Below are positions 36,962 to 46,891 of a stretch of 64,000 nt of DNA, piece by piece (the stretch's first letter is position 1; every line of letters begins with the position of its first letter). The notes beneath the pieces are model-generated. The model did not search any database and was not told the origin of the DNA. It worked only from the letters and a program-made list of their open reading frames with translations. The stretch lies in contig NZ_BIXY01000010.1 in assembly GCF_008326305.1 (NCBI RefSeq), forward strand, positions 51,137 to 115,136, read 5' to 3'. A program made the translations under genes and the position numbers. Source of the stretch: Dictyobacter arantiisoli (GTDB lineage: Bacteria; Chloroflexota; Ktedonobacteria; Ktedonobacterales; Ktedonobacteraceae).

Positions 36962-39472
36962 TTATTTACGTTGTCCGAGGTCACGGGCAACGTGGGTAAC
37001 TCCTTTGATGCGCTCCAGTTTGCTAAAGAGTCGATGCAATTGATCGAGATCGTCAATTTCTAATGTCGCCATGATCACGACGGTCTGATGATTGGTGCTG
37101 ACATTAGAATTGATTGACATCAGATTAGCCCCTGCATCAGAGACGACGGTCGCAACATCCCGTATCAAGCCAGTACGATCATTGGCAGTAATGACGACTG
37201 GAGCATTATAGCGCAATGGTCCCATGCCAGCCCAATTGACGTGGATCAGGCGTTCACGATCCTTTTCCCCTAAGCGAGCAACGTTACGACAATCAGAACG
37301 ATGAACGATAACGCCTTTACCTCGACTAATAAAGCCAACAATATTGTCATCTGGCAATGGATAGCAGCAGTTGGCGAGGCGCGTCAAGAGCCCGCTGACA
37401 CCCGCCACCTCTAATTGAGCAACAGCCTGTTTGCTCGGCGTAGCGGCTGGCAGAGAGATGTTTCCTTCAGCCTCCCTCGCATCCTTGTCTTTATCTTTCT
37501 CCCGATGGTCACGCTGCCAGTATTCCTGCAATTTGACAATAACGGCACGTGGTCGGAGATCATCCGCGCCAATAGCAGCCAGAAGATCATCGAATGAGTC
37601 AGCATTCAGACTGCTACAAACCCAATTTTCAGCATCCTCACTAATCGAGGAAGCATCGCGCGTCCCCAGTGCTTTTAACTCGCGCTCCAGACGTTCCTGT
37701 CCAATCTGGATATTGATTGGTCGCTCATTGATTTTAAGATAGCGCCGAATCTTATTACGAGCCGCAGTAGTACGTGCGGAATTTAACCAGTCGCGTGTTG
37801 GATGAGCACTACGGCTGGTCACAATATCGACAATCTCACCGTTTTTTAGCTCATAGTTCAGTGGTACCATACGCGATACCAGACGATCACCGCTTCCATC
37901 CCCATCCGAAGAAATGATACGCGCACCCGAACAATGATCCCCAATCTTCGAGTGGATGCGATACGCAAAGTCCAATGGTGTCGAACCAACCGGTAGATCT
38001 TTGACCTCACCCTTGGGCGTCAAGACAAAGATCTGTTCTTGAAAATAATCATCCTTGACCGCTTCCACAAACTCGGTATCACTGGCATTGGCGATGCGTA
38101 GATCTTGCTGCCATTCCGTCAGTTGACGCAGCCAGGTTAAGAGTTCTTTCGCCGAAGCCGAAGCCGTATCCCCCACATCTTTATAGTGCCAATGCATGGC
38201 GACCCCATATTCGGCTGTCTCATGCATTTCATGGGTGCGAATCTGAATCTCTACCAACTGATCGTCCAGGCAGAAAACAGTGGTATGCAACGCACTATAT
38301 CCATTGGGTTTAGGATTGGCGATAAAATCTTTAATACGTCCTTCCTTGGGACGCCAGAGGCTGTGTACATGCCCCAGGGCCACATAACAGTCTGTAGTGG
38401 TGTCAACCAGGATACGGAATGCCAGCAGGTCATGGATCTGGCTGATATCAAAAACAGCTTTTAAGCGTTCAAAATCAGTATCATCCTCGCCAATGCGCAC
38501 AATCTTTTTATAAAAGCTGTATGGATGCTTGACGCGTCCAGAGATTTCCGCTGTGACACCCAGCGAAGCCATTTCGGACCGCAACCTATCACAGACACGT
38601 TCAACATACGAACGCCACTGCTTTGTTTCCACATCCAGCGTATTGCGTACCCAAATGTAGCGATCAGGTTCGAGAATTTGAAAGGCCAGATCCTGTAGCT
38701 CACTCTCCACCAGAGACATACCCAGACGGCCAGCCAGAGGCGCATAAATCTCACGTGACTCCTCGGCCATCGTCAACATCTCTTGTGGATCGCCATGATA
38801 GTCTTGCTGACACATCAAACGCATAGCATGCAAGCGATATGCGAGCTTCAATAAGACGACGCGAGGATCATCGGCCATCGCCACAAACATCTTGCGGACA
38901 GTTTCGGCCTGCTGGCGACGCATAGCCTCACGTACACGTGGCTTCTTACTTTCTAAAGCAGACAGCGTCCCATCATCATCACGCTCGTTATAGGCTTTCT
39001 TTGACGACGAGAGTTGTGTATTCTGAATTGCCAGTATAGCGCCAGTAGCGGCATTCTGTTTTTTGCGTTCCAGGATATTGAGGCGTAGCATGCTTTCTGC
39101 GATACGTGCTGTAGCTGCTCCCAACACATACTCAACCTGTTCAATCAATAAAAGTTCAGCGTCAACAGCCTCATATACCAGACCAGCAGCGATTCCAATG
39201 GAATCAACATGCATCATCTGTGCCATAATAGTCGTCACAGCCAGTGCATGATCCAGAGGAGCAATTGGACGAGTGGGATTGCCAGGAACATCCTGGCACG
39301 TTTCTCGGGTAAGCTGAAAAGCTTTTACCACATAGTCCACCTCAGCTGGCGTCATATAGTGACGAACCAGCGAGAGTAATTGCATCATCGCAACCGGATA
39401 AGGAGGCTCAGCAAATTGTTGTTCTACAGACCTATCTATCATAATTCTTTTACGGCCATATGACATATCCAA
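36962..39472 (-). CDS. Long RelA/SpoT homologue, RelA-like: synthetase motifs intact, hydrolase HD motifs degenerate
   Basis: Synthetase motifs GRVKHPYSFYKKI, RPKEGRIKD, HTTV, EIQIRT, YGVAMHWHYKD are conserved. The hydrolase region has PLDHALAV...GLVYEAVD in place of HP...LLHDVVED. TGS, Cys-Cys zinc-finger and ACT C-terminal domains are present. Confidence 0.8.
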   Translation of the reverse strand: MDMSYGRKRIMIDRSVEQQFAEPPYPVAMMQLLSLVRHYMTPAEVDYVVKAFQLTRETCQDVPGNPTRPIAPLDHALAVTTIMAQMMHVDSIGIAAGLVYEAVDAELLLIEQVEYVLGAATARIAESMLRLNILERKKQNAATGAILAIQNTQLSSSKKAYNERDDDGTLSALESKKPRVREAMRRQQAETVRKMFVAMADDPRVVLLKLAYRLHAMRLMCQQDYHGDPQEMLTMAEESREIYAPLAGRLGMSLVESELQDLAFQILEPDRYIWVRNTLDVETKQWRSYVERVCDRLRSEMASLGVTAEISGRVKHPYSFYKKIVRIGEDDTDFERLKAVFDISQIHDLLAFRILVDTTTDCYVALGHVHSLWRPKEGRIKDFIANPKPNGYSALHTTVFCLDDQLVEIQIRTHEMHETAEYGVAMHWHYKDVGDTASASAKELLTWLRQLTEWQQDLRIANASDTEFVEAVKDDYFQEQIFVLTPKGEVKDLPVGSTPLDFAYRIHSKIGDHCSGARIISSDGDGSGDRLVSRMVPLNYELKNGEIVDIVTSRSAHPTRDWLNSARTTAARNKIRRYLKINERPINIQIGQERLERELKALGTRDASSISEDAENWVCSSLNADSFDDLLAAIGADDLRPRAVIVKLQEYWQRDHREKDKDKDAREAEGNISLPAATPSKQAVAQLEVAGVSGLLTRLANCCYPLPDDNIVGFISRGKGVIVHRSDCRNVARLGEKDRERLIHVNWAGMGPLRYNAPVVITANDRTGLIRDVATVVSDAGANLMSINSNVSTNHQTVVIMATLEIDDLDQLHRLFSKLERIKGVTHVARDLGQRK

Positions 39473-39770
39473 GAGGGACTGTCCGGTATATTGACTCAGT
39501 ATAAAAATACCTGCTTCGAGTTGTTGATACTACCAGGCAACAACCTACAATCATCTCCCCACAGTAGTATACGTACCACAATGCATCTTGTTGGATGAGT
39601 TTGTACTTTTGGTGAACAAAATGAAACATCCATATGCGTCACTCTAATGCACACTATACATTTTCGCACATTCACAACGCGTGCTTCTCACAATAAAAGT
39701 GGAATTACATCCTGCTGTTATGGGGATGGGGGCACTCGATTGCGACGAATGCCCCCCAATGGCAGGAGCC

Positions 39771-42230
39771 TTATTTTCCTGGTGCGCGCTCAACACTGAC
39801 AACCGTTTTGACCTGGCGCAAACGCCGTAAAATACGCTCCATCTGATCCACAAATGCTCCGGCGTTCGCCGCAATCTCAAGTGTCGCGGTAATCACTGCT
39901 TTCTGCGAAGCAGGATTTGTGGTTGAGGTCACAGATACCATATTGATACCCGCATCGGTTACCACTGCGGCAACATCGCGCAAAAGGCCCGAACGATCAT
40001 GAGCCACCAGCGTAATGGCAACCAGATAGTTCTCGGGATGAATCTGTTGCCAGCTAAATTCGATCAAGTGATTGGCTGTATCTGGATTGCGATGCAATTG
40101 CTCACAATCACAACGATGAATCACAACACCTTGATCACGGGTCATCTGTCCTACAATCGCATCCCCAGGAACGGGACAACAACAGCGGCCCAGTTGCAAG
40201 GGGCTGGCCTTTTCTCCATCTTTATGTGGATAAAAACTATTCTCGTTCTCGTCACTCTCTTCACAGGGTGGAAGTTGCTCCTGTAAAGGAGTAAGGACCT
40301 GTTCGACCTGCACATCTTCGCGGCCCAGAGCCACATAGATATCTTCAAGCATACTGTATTTCTTGGAGAGCAACAATGAACGCGGCTCTTCAATATACAG
40401 TTGATATAACAGGCTTTCAACCAATTCATTTAAGCCGGCCATACCCGCTGTCTTCAAGGCGAAGTCTAACCGTTCACGTCCCAGTTGCAAGTTGATTTCG
40501 CGCTCATACGTTTTAAGATAGCGCCGAATCTTATTGCGGGCCGCCGCCGTACGCGCAAAGGACAGCCAATCCCTGGTCGGGTGAACGGTCCGATTGACCA
40601 TAATCTCGACAATTTCGCCGCCCTTAAGCTCATAATCCAACGGCACCAGACGTGTCACCAGATGTCCACTATCATCAGTATTGGTAATGATGCGTGCACC
40701 AGCGCAATGATCGCCAAGATCAGTGTGAATGCGATAGGCCATATCCAGCGGAGTTGAACCACGCGGCAAATCCTTGACCTCTCCCTGTGGAGTAAACACA
40801 AAGATCTGCTCCTGGAAGATATCACCCTTGACCGCCTCAACGAACTCATCCGCACCTTGTGGCAAGGCACGTTGCCACTCGCGCAATTGCTCAATCCACG
40901 TCATCATCTCGCGATAGGAGAGACGCCAGCTTCCTGGTTTTGCCTCATCATGCTCATTTTGTTCTTTATCGGCGTGCCCCATACGTTCTTTAAGGAACCA
41001 GTAACTGGCGATGCCATAATCCGCAGTACGTTGCATATCATAGGTGCGAATTTGAATTTCAGCCAGACGATTCTCCAGACAAAAGACCGTCGTATGGAGG
41101 GATTGATAGCCATTCAGCTTGGGGGTCGCAATAAAATCCTTAATGCGTCCATCCTTTGGACGCCAGAGGGCATGGATGTGCCCCAGGGCCAGATAACACT
41201 CATAATCCGAGTCCACCAGAATGCGGAAAGAGATCAGATCGTGGATCTGACTCAACTCATTGCCGTTCAGCTGGGCGGGCACATCTTCCAACTTGCGGTT
41301 AATACTGGCGAGATGTTTCTGCCATGCCAGCACATCGGCGTGAATGCCCGCGCGTCTCATCTCATCGCGCAGCACTCGACAGACCTCGGTGATAAATGGC
41401 ATGCGTCGTTTCACCTCTTCAGCCACCTGTTTCGCCAGTTTGACATATTTTTCAGGCTCAAGATAGCCAAAGGACAGATCTTCAAGGTCAGCCTGCACCA
41501 GGGACATCCCCAGGCGACGGGCCAGAGGGGCATAAATCTCACTGGTCTCGCGCGAAGTATTCTGTTGCTGCGCGGTAGACATCGCGCCCAGCGTGCGCAT
41601 ATTATGCAGACGATCAGCCAACTTTACCACCACCACCCGTGGATCTTCAGCCATTGCCAGCAGCATCTTACGCACCGTCTCTGTTCGAATACGGCGTTTA
41701 TCAACCAGCGAAGGAGGAACACCTGCGGTCAGAGTGGCTTGATCCTCAACTGCAGTGCTGGCGCCTTCCTGCCCTGATTTCGCGGGCTTTGTACCGGCGA
41801 GCGTATCAAACTTCGTCACCCCATCCACAATATGGGCTACAGAGGAACCAAATTGCTCACGCAGATCTTCAAGTGAATACTCAGTATCTTCAACTACATC
41901 ATGGAGGAGTGCAGAGACAATACCATCCGCATCGATACGCATTCCAGCAAGCAGTAGGGCTACCTCCAACGGATGTTGAATATAAGGTTCGCCAGAGCGT
42001 CGCAAGGCCCCCTTATGTGCACGATGCGCTAAATCGTAAGCACGCTGAATCTTCTCCATGTCTTCTGGAGTAAGGTATTGCCGTGTCTCAGTTAACAAGT
42101 CCTGGATCGTCATACGCGACTGCGTGACTTTCGCTCCCATAGTCATTGTGGTGCGTACCATAGGAACAATCGCCTGCGTATCACTGGATTTATCGGACTC
42201 ATCAGCAATTTTGTCGAAATTGGTAGCCAT
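39771..42230 (-). CDS. Long RelA/SpoT homologue, SpoT-like: hydrolase HD domain intact, several synthetase motifs diverged
   Basis: Hydrolase HRAHKGALRRSGEPYIQHPLEVA...LLHDVVEDT is intact. The synthetase GRxKHxYSIYxKM motif is replaced by AWQKHLASINRKL and AHWxYKE by ASYWFLKE, while RPKDGRIKD, HTTV and EIQIRT are retained. Confidence 0.8.
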   Translation of the reverse strand: MATNFDKIADESDKSSDTQAIVPMVRTTMTMGAKVTQSRMTIQDLLTETRQYLTPEDMEKIQRAYDLAHRAHKGALRRSGEPYIQHPLEVALLLAGMRIDADGIVSALLHDVVEDTEYSLEDLREQFGSSVAHIVDGVTKFDTLAGTKPAKSGQEGASTAVEDQATLTAGVPPSLVDKRRIRTETVRKMLLAMAEDPRVVVVKLADRLHNMRTLGAMSTAQQQNTSRETSEIYAPLARRLGMSLVQADLEDLSFGYLEPEKYVKLAKQVAEEVKRRMPFITEVCRVLRDEMRRAGIHADVLAWQKHLASINRKLEDVPAQLNGNELSQIHDLISFRILVDSDYECYLALGHIHALWRPKDGRIKDFIATPKLNGYQSLHTTVFCLENRLAEIQIRTYDMQRTADYGIASYWFLKERMGHADKEQNEHDEAKPGSWRLSYREMMTWIEQLREWQRALPQGADEFVEAVKGDIFQEQIFVFTPQGEVKDLPRGSTPLDMAYRIHTDLGDHCAGARIITNTDDSGHLVTRLVPLDYELKGGEIVEIMVNRTVHPTRDWLSFARTAAARNKIRRYLKTYEREINLQLGRERLDFALKTAGMAGLNELVESLLYQLYIEEPRSLLLSKKYSMLEDIYVALGREDVQVEQVLTPLQEQLPPCEESDENENSFYPHKDGEKASPLQLGRCCCPVPGDAIVGQMTRDQGVVIHRCDCEQLHRNPDTANHLIEFSWQQIHPENYLVAITLVAHDRSGLLRDVAAVVTDAGINMVSVTSTTNPASQKAVITATLEIAANAGAFVDQMERILRRLRQVKTVVSVERAPGK

Positions 42231-42660
42231 TCTCTAATACCTGCTACTACATGCTGTACCATCTGCCCATACCTGTTGGAGAGTTGGCGAGCTTTTTACA
42301 ATGCCTGTTACGATAAAGTGTTCCCTCTCGAGAGATTTACTCGCATAAAAGAGCGTCTCTACATCTGGGAACACTTACATCCAGGCAAAAGTGATGTTAC
42401 TTCTCTATTATAAGGAGCAAAGTGAGACTGTCAAGCAGATACTATACCACTTACGTTGAAGAAGGGGTAAAAAGAGGACATTCAGGTGTAGTGACGAGGT
42501 ACAGATTATTTACTTCATCTATTTCAGATGACAGATACAGGCTCGCTGTTATTCCCGAATCGGCAAAAGTAGACGCTTTACACATAATTCCGGATCTTTC
42601 CTGTACTTTTACCATCCGGCTAGATCGTGGCCTTATCCACCCGGACAAATGTCCAATCCC

Positions 42661-42715
42661 TTTTTCATGTGGGGGCAAAAATGGGCTCTACCCATTTTTG
42701 CCCCCACATGAAAAA
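42661..42715. repeat. 25-bp perfect palindrome with a 5-nt loop
   Basis: tttttcatgtgggggcaaaaatggg ctcta cccatttttgcccccacatgaaaaa. Confidence 0.8.
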
Positions 42716-42756
42716 TCTCCTGAGCGCTGAAGACGCGAAAACTCAGGTACGCAGCT

Positions 42757-42795
42757 AAAAAGGCTTAGCTAAGAACACACCTTAGCTAAGCCTTT
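42757..42795 (-). terminator. Intrinsic terminator (minus-strand sense) for the zinc-ribbon gene
   Basis: 15-bp stem aaaggcttagctaag/cttagctaagccttt followed by a U-run on the minus strand. Confidence 0.65.
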
Positions 42796-42926
42796 ACATT
42801 TCTTTTGGAAAAAAATTAGTTATTTTCTGTCTATCGCACAGCAGAGAAGGAATTCCGTCCCTGGTGGTTCGGAGCACCCTTCACCTGAGTCACTGTACGC
42901 ATGGACTACCCGACTACCAGGGAATG

Positions 42927-43232
42927 CTAGTCGCGAGCCACACGGACCTTGTCATAGCAAGGGCTGCAATAGACGGGGCGATCATTCTTTGGCAAGAATG
43001 GCACCTGCGTTTCAGTACCACACTCGGCACAAGTTACGGTATGCATTTCGCGCGGGGCACGCTCGCGGCTACCAGAACCACCATTCGCCTGACGACGGGC
43101 GGCACGGCATGATGGACAGCGTCCAGGCTGGTTTAATAGACCTTTTTGCTGGTAGAATTCTTGCTCTCCGGCGGTGAATACGAAATCGCTTCCGCACTCA
43201 CGACATTTTAAGGTTTTGTCAGCTAAATTCAA
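42927..43232 (-). CDS. Small zinc-ribbon protein with two CxxC...CxxC pairs
   Basis: CRECGSDF...CPSCRAA and CAECGTE...CSPCYDK. 101 aa. Confidence 0.65.
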   Translation of the reverse strand: MNLADKTLKCRECGSDFVFTAGEQEFYQQKGLLNQPGRCPSCRAARRQANGGSGSRERAPREMHTVTCAECGTETQVPFLPKNDRPVYCSPCYDKVRVARD

Positions 43233-43765
43233 CTAGGGACCTCCTGTGTGATATGTTGGTAATCCTCCAGGTCCATATCCTAGCAGTTGTCACCAGTTTT
43301 ACTCCCCCTATCAGTGTGGGATTTTATACCCTGGACGAGTACTGTATGCAAGACCGAGATTGGATACCGTTTGAAAGCATACACTATTGTTTCGTGATTT
43401 GCAAGGGTTTTTATGATAAATTGTCTCTATGGTACATATTTTTATGTATCTTTTATATGGAACAGGATTTGCTAATTTACATATGATGATTACAGTTAGC
43501 TTTTATAAGCGTATTCTTAATCATGCGTATGTAGAGTTCATACCTATCCTTTCTATAACTGCTATCTTTTTGTTATATCCTACCGTGATGGACAGTAGAA
43601 AGTATCAGTAGAATTATTACCACACATTCCCTTCTCTTGATTGCCGCCTTCAGCGGCGCAGGGAGAGCAACCCAGACCAACCCGAGTTCCAACTTGACGC
43701 TCATGAGAAAATAAAGAGAACAATGGGTAGCTATTTTATTTGTTGGTGCCCATCTATACCGCATT

Positions 43766-44962
43766 GTGTTTGGGAATTACATGTCATCATTTAACTTTAC
43801 AATTGACGCTGAATCTTCCGAGACGTGGGCGCGGGCCGGAACGATTCAGACTCCCCACGGGACCATCGAGACGCCGATCTTTATGCCAGTTGGAACACAG
43901 GCAACAGTCAAAAGCGTTTCACCTGAAGAACTACACGGAGTTGGCGCACAAATCATTCTTGCCAATACCTATCATTTGATGCTACGACCGGGATCGGCTT
44001 TGATCGATTCCTTTGGTGGTCTGCACTCATTTATGAACTGGCAGGGCCCAATTCTGACGGATAGCGGCGGCTTCCAGGTCTGGAGCCTGGCCCATAATCG
44101 CAAATTAAATGAAGATGGTGTGGTCTTTAAGTCACACCTGGATGGCTCGTCGCACGCGCTCACCCCCGAACGCGTCATGCAGATTGAGGCTGAACTGGGG
44201 GCTGACATTGTCCTACCGCTGGACATTTGCGCGCCCTATCCCTCAAATCCTACCGAGGCCCGTAAGGCGATGGAATGGACCCACCGCTGGGAAGAACGTG
44301 CGCTGGTAGAAAAAGAGAAACTCCGTCCGGAGCAGACACTCTTTGGTATTGTTCAGGGGGCCTTTGAAGCTGATTTACGCGCCCAGAGCGCCCAGGTGAT
44401 CGGGAACATGCCTTTTCAAGGACTCTCGATCGGCGGCCTATCGGTCGGCGAGCCAAAAGAGCAGATGTGGGAGATGCTCAAGCATGTAACGCCAGAATTG
44501 CCACGCGACAAACCACGCCATCTGCTGGGAGTTGGATCACCCGAAGATCTGGTCATTGGCGTCGGGTTAGGCATGGATATGTTTGATTGTGTCCTCCCGA
44601 CACGCGTTGCCCGGCATGGTGGACTCTTTACCCGCGATGGACGGGTAAGCATCAAGGGTGCGCGCTTCCGCACTGCCCACGGTCCCATTGAGGAGGGCTG
44701 CGATTGCTACACCTGCCAGCATTATAGCGCCGCCTATGTCTGCCATCTGGCACGCGCAGAAGAACAGCTCTACTATCGTCTGGGTAGTATTCATAATATA
44801 CGTTTTATGCTCCGCCTCGCTAAAGAACTACGCGAGTCGATTATAAATGGTACCTATCCAACTTTTCGCGAGACATTTCTGGCACGCTATGTGCCAGCAT
44901 CTGAGAAAGTGCGCGAAGCACAACGCGAAAAATGGATCAAAGCGCGCGATCAACGCGCATAG
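43766..44962 (+). CDS. tgt: Queuine tRNA-ribosyltransferase
   Basis: TPHGTIETPIFMPVGTQATVK, DSGGFQ, and the zinc site CDCYTCQHYSAAY. 398 aa. Confidence 0.85.
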   Translation: MFGNYMSSFNFTIDAESSETWARAGTIQTPHGTIETPIFMPVGTQATVKSVSPEELHGVGAQIILANTYHLMLRPGSALIDSFGGLHSFMNWQGPILTDSGGFQVWSLAHNRKLNEDGVVFKSHLDGSSHALTPERVMQIEAELGADIVLPLDICAPYPSNPTEARKAMEWTHRWEERALVEKEKLRPEQTLFGIVQGAFEADLRAQSAQVIGNMPFQGLSIGGLSVGEPKEQMWEMLKHVTPELPRDKPRHLLGVGSPEDLVIGVGLGMDMFDCVLPTRVARHGGLFTRDGRVSIKGARFRTAHGPIEEGCDCYTCQHYSAAYVCHLARAEEQLYYRLGSIHNIRFMLRLAKELRESIINGTYPTFRETFLARYVPASEKVREAQREKWIKARDQRA

Positions 44963-44982
44963 CACCTGACAGGAACAGAGTT

Positions 44983-45828
44983 ATGCAGACAGCACCCTAT
45001 CGTTTTGTCGAGACCGGTATTCAAGATGCCGCTTTAAATATGGCTATTGATGAGGCTATTCTTTTTCATCATATTCAGGATCAGGTGCCACCAACGCTAC
45101 GCGTCTTTCGCTGGTCCCAACCGGCAATTTCACTGGGAAGATTTCAAAGCATTGAACGCGAGATCGATGTGACTGAGTGTGAGCGTCAGGGAACGATCCT
45201 GGTACGTCGTCCAACCGGGGGACGTGCGGTCTATCATCGCGATGAGTTTACGTATAGCATCGTGATCGGTAAACGTGACGGTGTACCTTCAGGAGTCGTC
45301 GCCGCCTATGCCTATCTCTCACAGGGACTGCTGGCAGCGTTGCGTCAAATAGGGGTGGAGGCCGAAATCAGTGATGAGCGCGTCAACAAACATCCATCGG
45401 CCGCCTGCTTTGCATCATCAACCCAGGCAGATTTAACCAGCGGAGGCTTTAAACTGGTCGGGAGTGCCCAGGTCTGGAAAGATCAGTCCTTACTTCAGCA
45501 AGGCTCATTGCCATTGGATGATCGGGCCGCTGAATTTTTCAACATGCTCCGTTTTCCTGATCCAGAAACCCGCCAGGAAGCCCTGGCACTCTACAGCGAA
45601 AAAACGACACCGCTCCATACCTTTGCGCCCCAGGCTAGCTGGAACGATGTTGCCACAGCCTTCAAGCAAGGCTTCAGCACCTTCCTACACCATGAATTTG
45701 AGCCTGAAGAACTCAGTACATCCGAATGGAATCTGGCACATCAACTGGTTGAGGAGAAGTATAACAAACTCAACTGGCGCAAAGAGCGTGTGAAATTGAT
45801 ATCAGAACGCCAGGACGTAGCCCTGTAA
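44983..45828 (+). CDS. Lipoate-protein ligase / octanoyltransferase family (BPL/LPL catalytic domain)
   Basis: RRPTGGRAVYH and the surrounding BPL_LplA_LipB-type core. The start is set at ATG 44983 with RBS AGGAACAGAG. Confidence 0.7.
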   Translation: MQTAPYRFVETGIQDAALNMAIDEAILFHHIQDQVPPTLRVFRWSQPAISLGRFQSIEREIDVTECERQGTILVRRPTGGRAVYHRDEFTYSIVIGKRDGVPSGVVAAYAYLSQGLLAALRQIGVEAEISDERVNKHPSAACFASSTQADLTSGGFKLVGSAQVWKDQSLLQQGSLPLDDRAAEFFNMLRFPDPETRQEALALYSEKTTPLHTFAPQASWNDVATAFKQGFSTFLHHEFEPEELSTSEWNLAHQLVEEKYNKLNWRKERVKLISERQDVAL

Positions 45829-46194
45829 CCCGAACACAAAAACCACGTACATAATAAATAAGGATAACAAAAACATCACACAATCAATTCTCCTGCCGGG
45901 GCACAAGGTGTCTTTACTCCTTTCCTGTTCTCTCTCCACGAAGGCTGCAACAAAGAGAACAGGAAAGCCCTGGACATAAAACCAATCCATTGCACGTGGA
46001 CGGTATGTGATGTACAATGAGCAAACGTACATGTTGTTATGTTTTTTACTTTTAAGTAGAGGAATTATCCAGAAATTTTTATCTACCGGAGATATAAAAA
46101 ACGCAACAGGTAGGGAATAGACACAGGTCATGGAAATATATTTCAACCTCTACGTTGCACGCGAAGCAGTCATTTAGTAAGGAGTTATCTGGGC

Positions 46195-46839
46195 GTGAGT
46201 ATATCGATTGAGATGGCGCACAAGGTCATGGAAGCCACCAAGCAAAAGGCACGTGAACGCCGTAGCCCGGTCAGTATCGCCATTGTAGATGCCGGAGGGC
46301 ATCTGGTACTGTTTGAACGCATGATGGCCCCCTACGGGTTCGCTACAGGCGATATCAGCATTGCCAAAGCACATACGGCGGTGATGTTTAATCAATCCAC
46401 CGACGAAGTTGCCCAATGGGGACCTGGCATTCCGGGCTTTGCCGCCAGTCTGGCTGGTATGACTCATGGTCAATTCATTATGGCTGCTGGTGGCTGGCCT
46501 TTGCGTGTCAATGGCATCACAATCGGTGGTATTGGCGTCAGTGGTGGCAATGCTCCCGGTCGTGATGATGAGATTGCGAAGGCAGGTCTGGCTGCCCTTG
46601 AGAGCATGACTCCTGTGGCAGTACCCGCGCCGCCAGTGCAACCAGCCTATGCCCAGCCAGCGCCAGCATCATCGGCATCCTACTCTCAGCCGCTCTATGC
46701 CCAGGCTTCTTTCTATGCCAATGGAACAAACGGGACAAATAATGTGCCCGCTAACGCCCCATCAGCATTTGAGACACAATCCCAGGGCTCGCTCGCGCAA
46801 CAGGATGCACCAACAGGCGAGCAAAATCCCGGCCATTAA
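46195..46839 (+). CDS. GlcG/HbpS-like (DUF336) haem-binding-family protein with an Ala/Pro/Gln-rich C-terminal tail
   Basis: SIAIVDAGGHLVLFERM...GGIGVSGG pattern of DUF336. GTG start. Confidence 0.65.
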   Translation: MSISIEMAHKVMEATKQKARERRSPVSIAIVDAGGHLVLFERMMAPYGFATGDISIAKAHTAVMFNQSTDEVAQWGPGIPGFAASLAGMTHGQFIMAAGGWPLRVNGITIGGIGVSGGNAPGRDDEIAKAGLAALESMTPVAVPAPPVQPAYAQPAPASSASYSQPLYAQASFYANGTNGTNNVPANAPSAFETQSQGSLAQQDAPTGEQNPGH

Positions 46840-46891
46840 TTCCGTTCTATTCAGCCAACCCACCTGAGGTGGACCATCCAGGAGACCAAGC

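Noticed and set aside
42422-42730. 102-aa ORF spanning the 25-bp palindrome upstream of the RSH gene
   Set aside because: The reading frame passes straight through a perfect hairpin and has no RBS. More likely non-coding.
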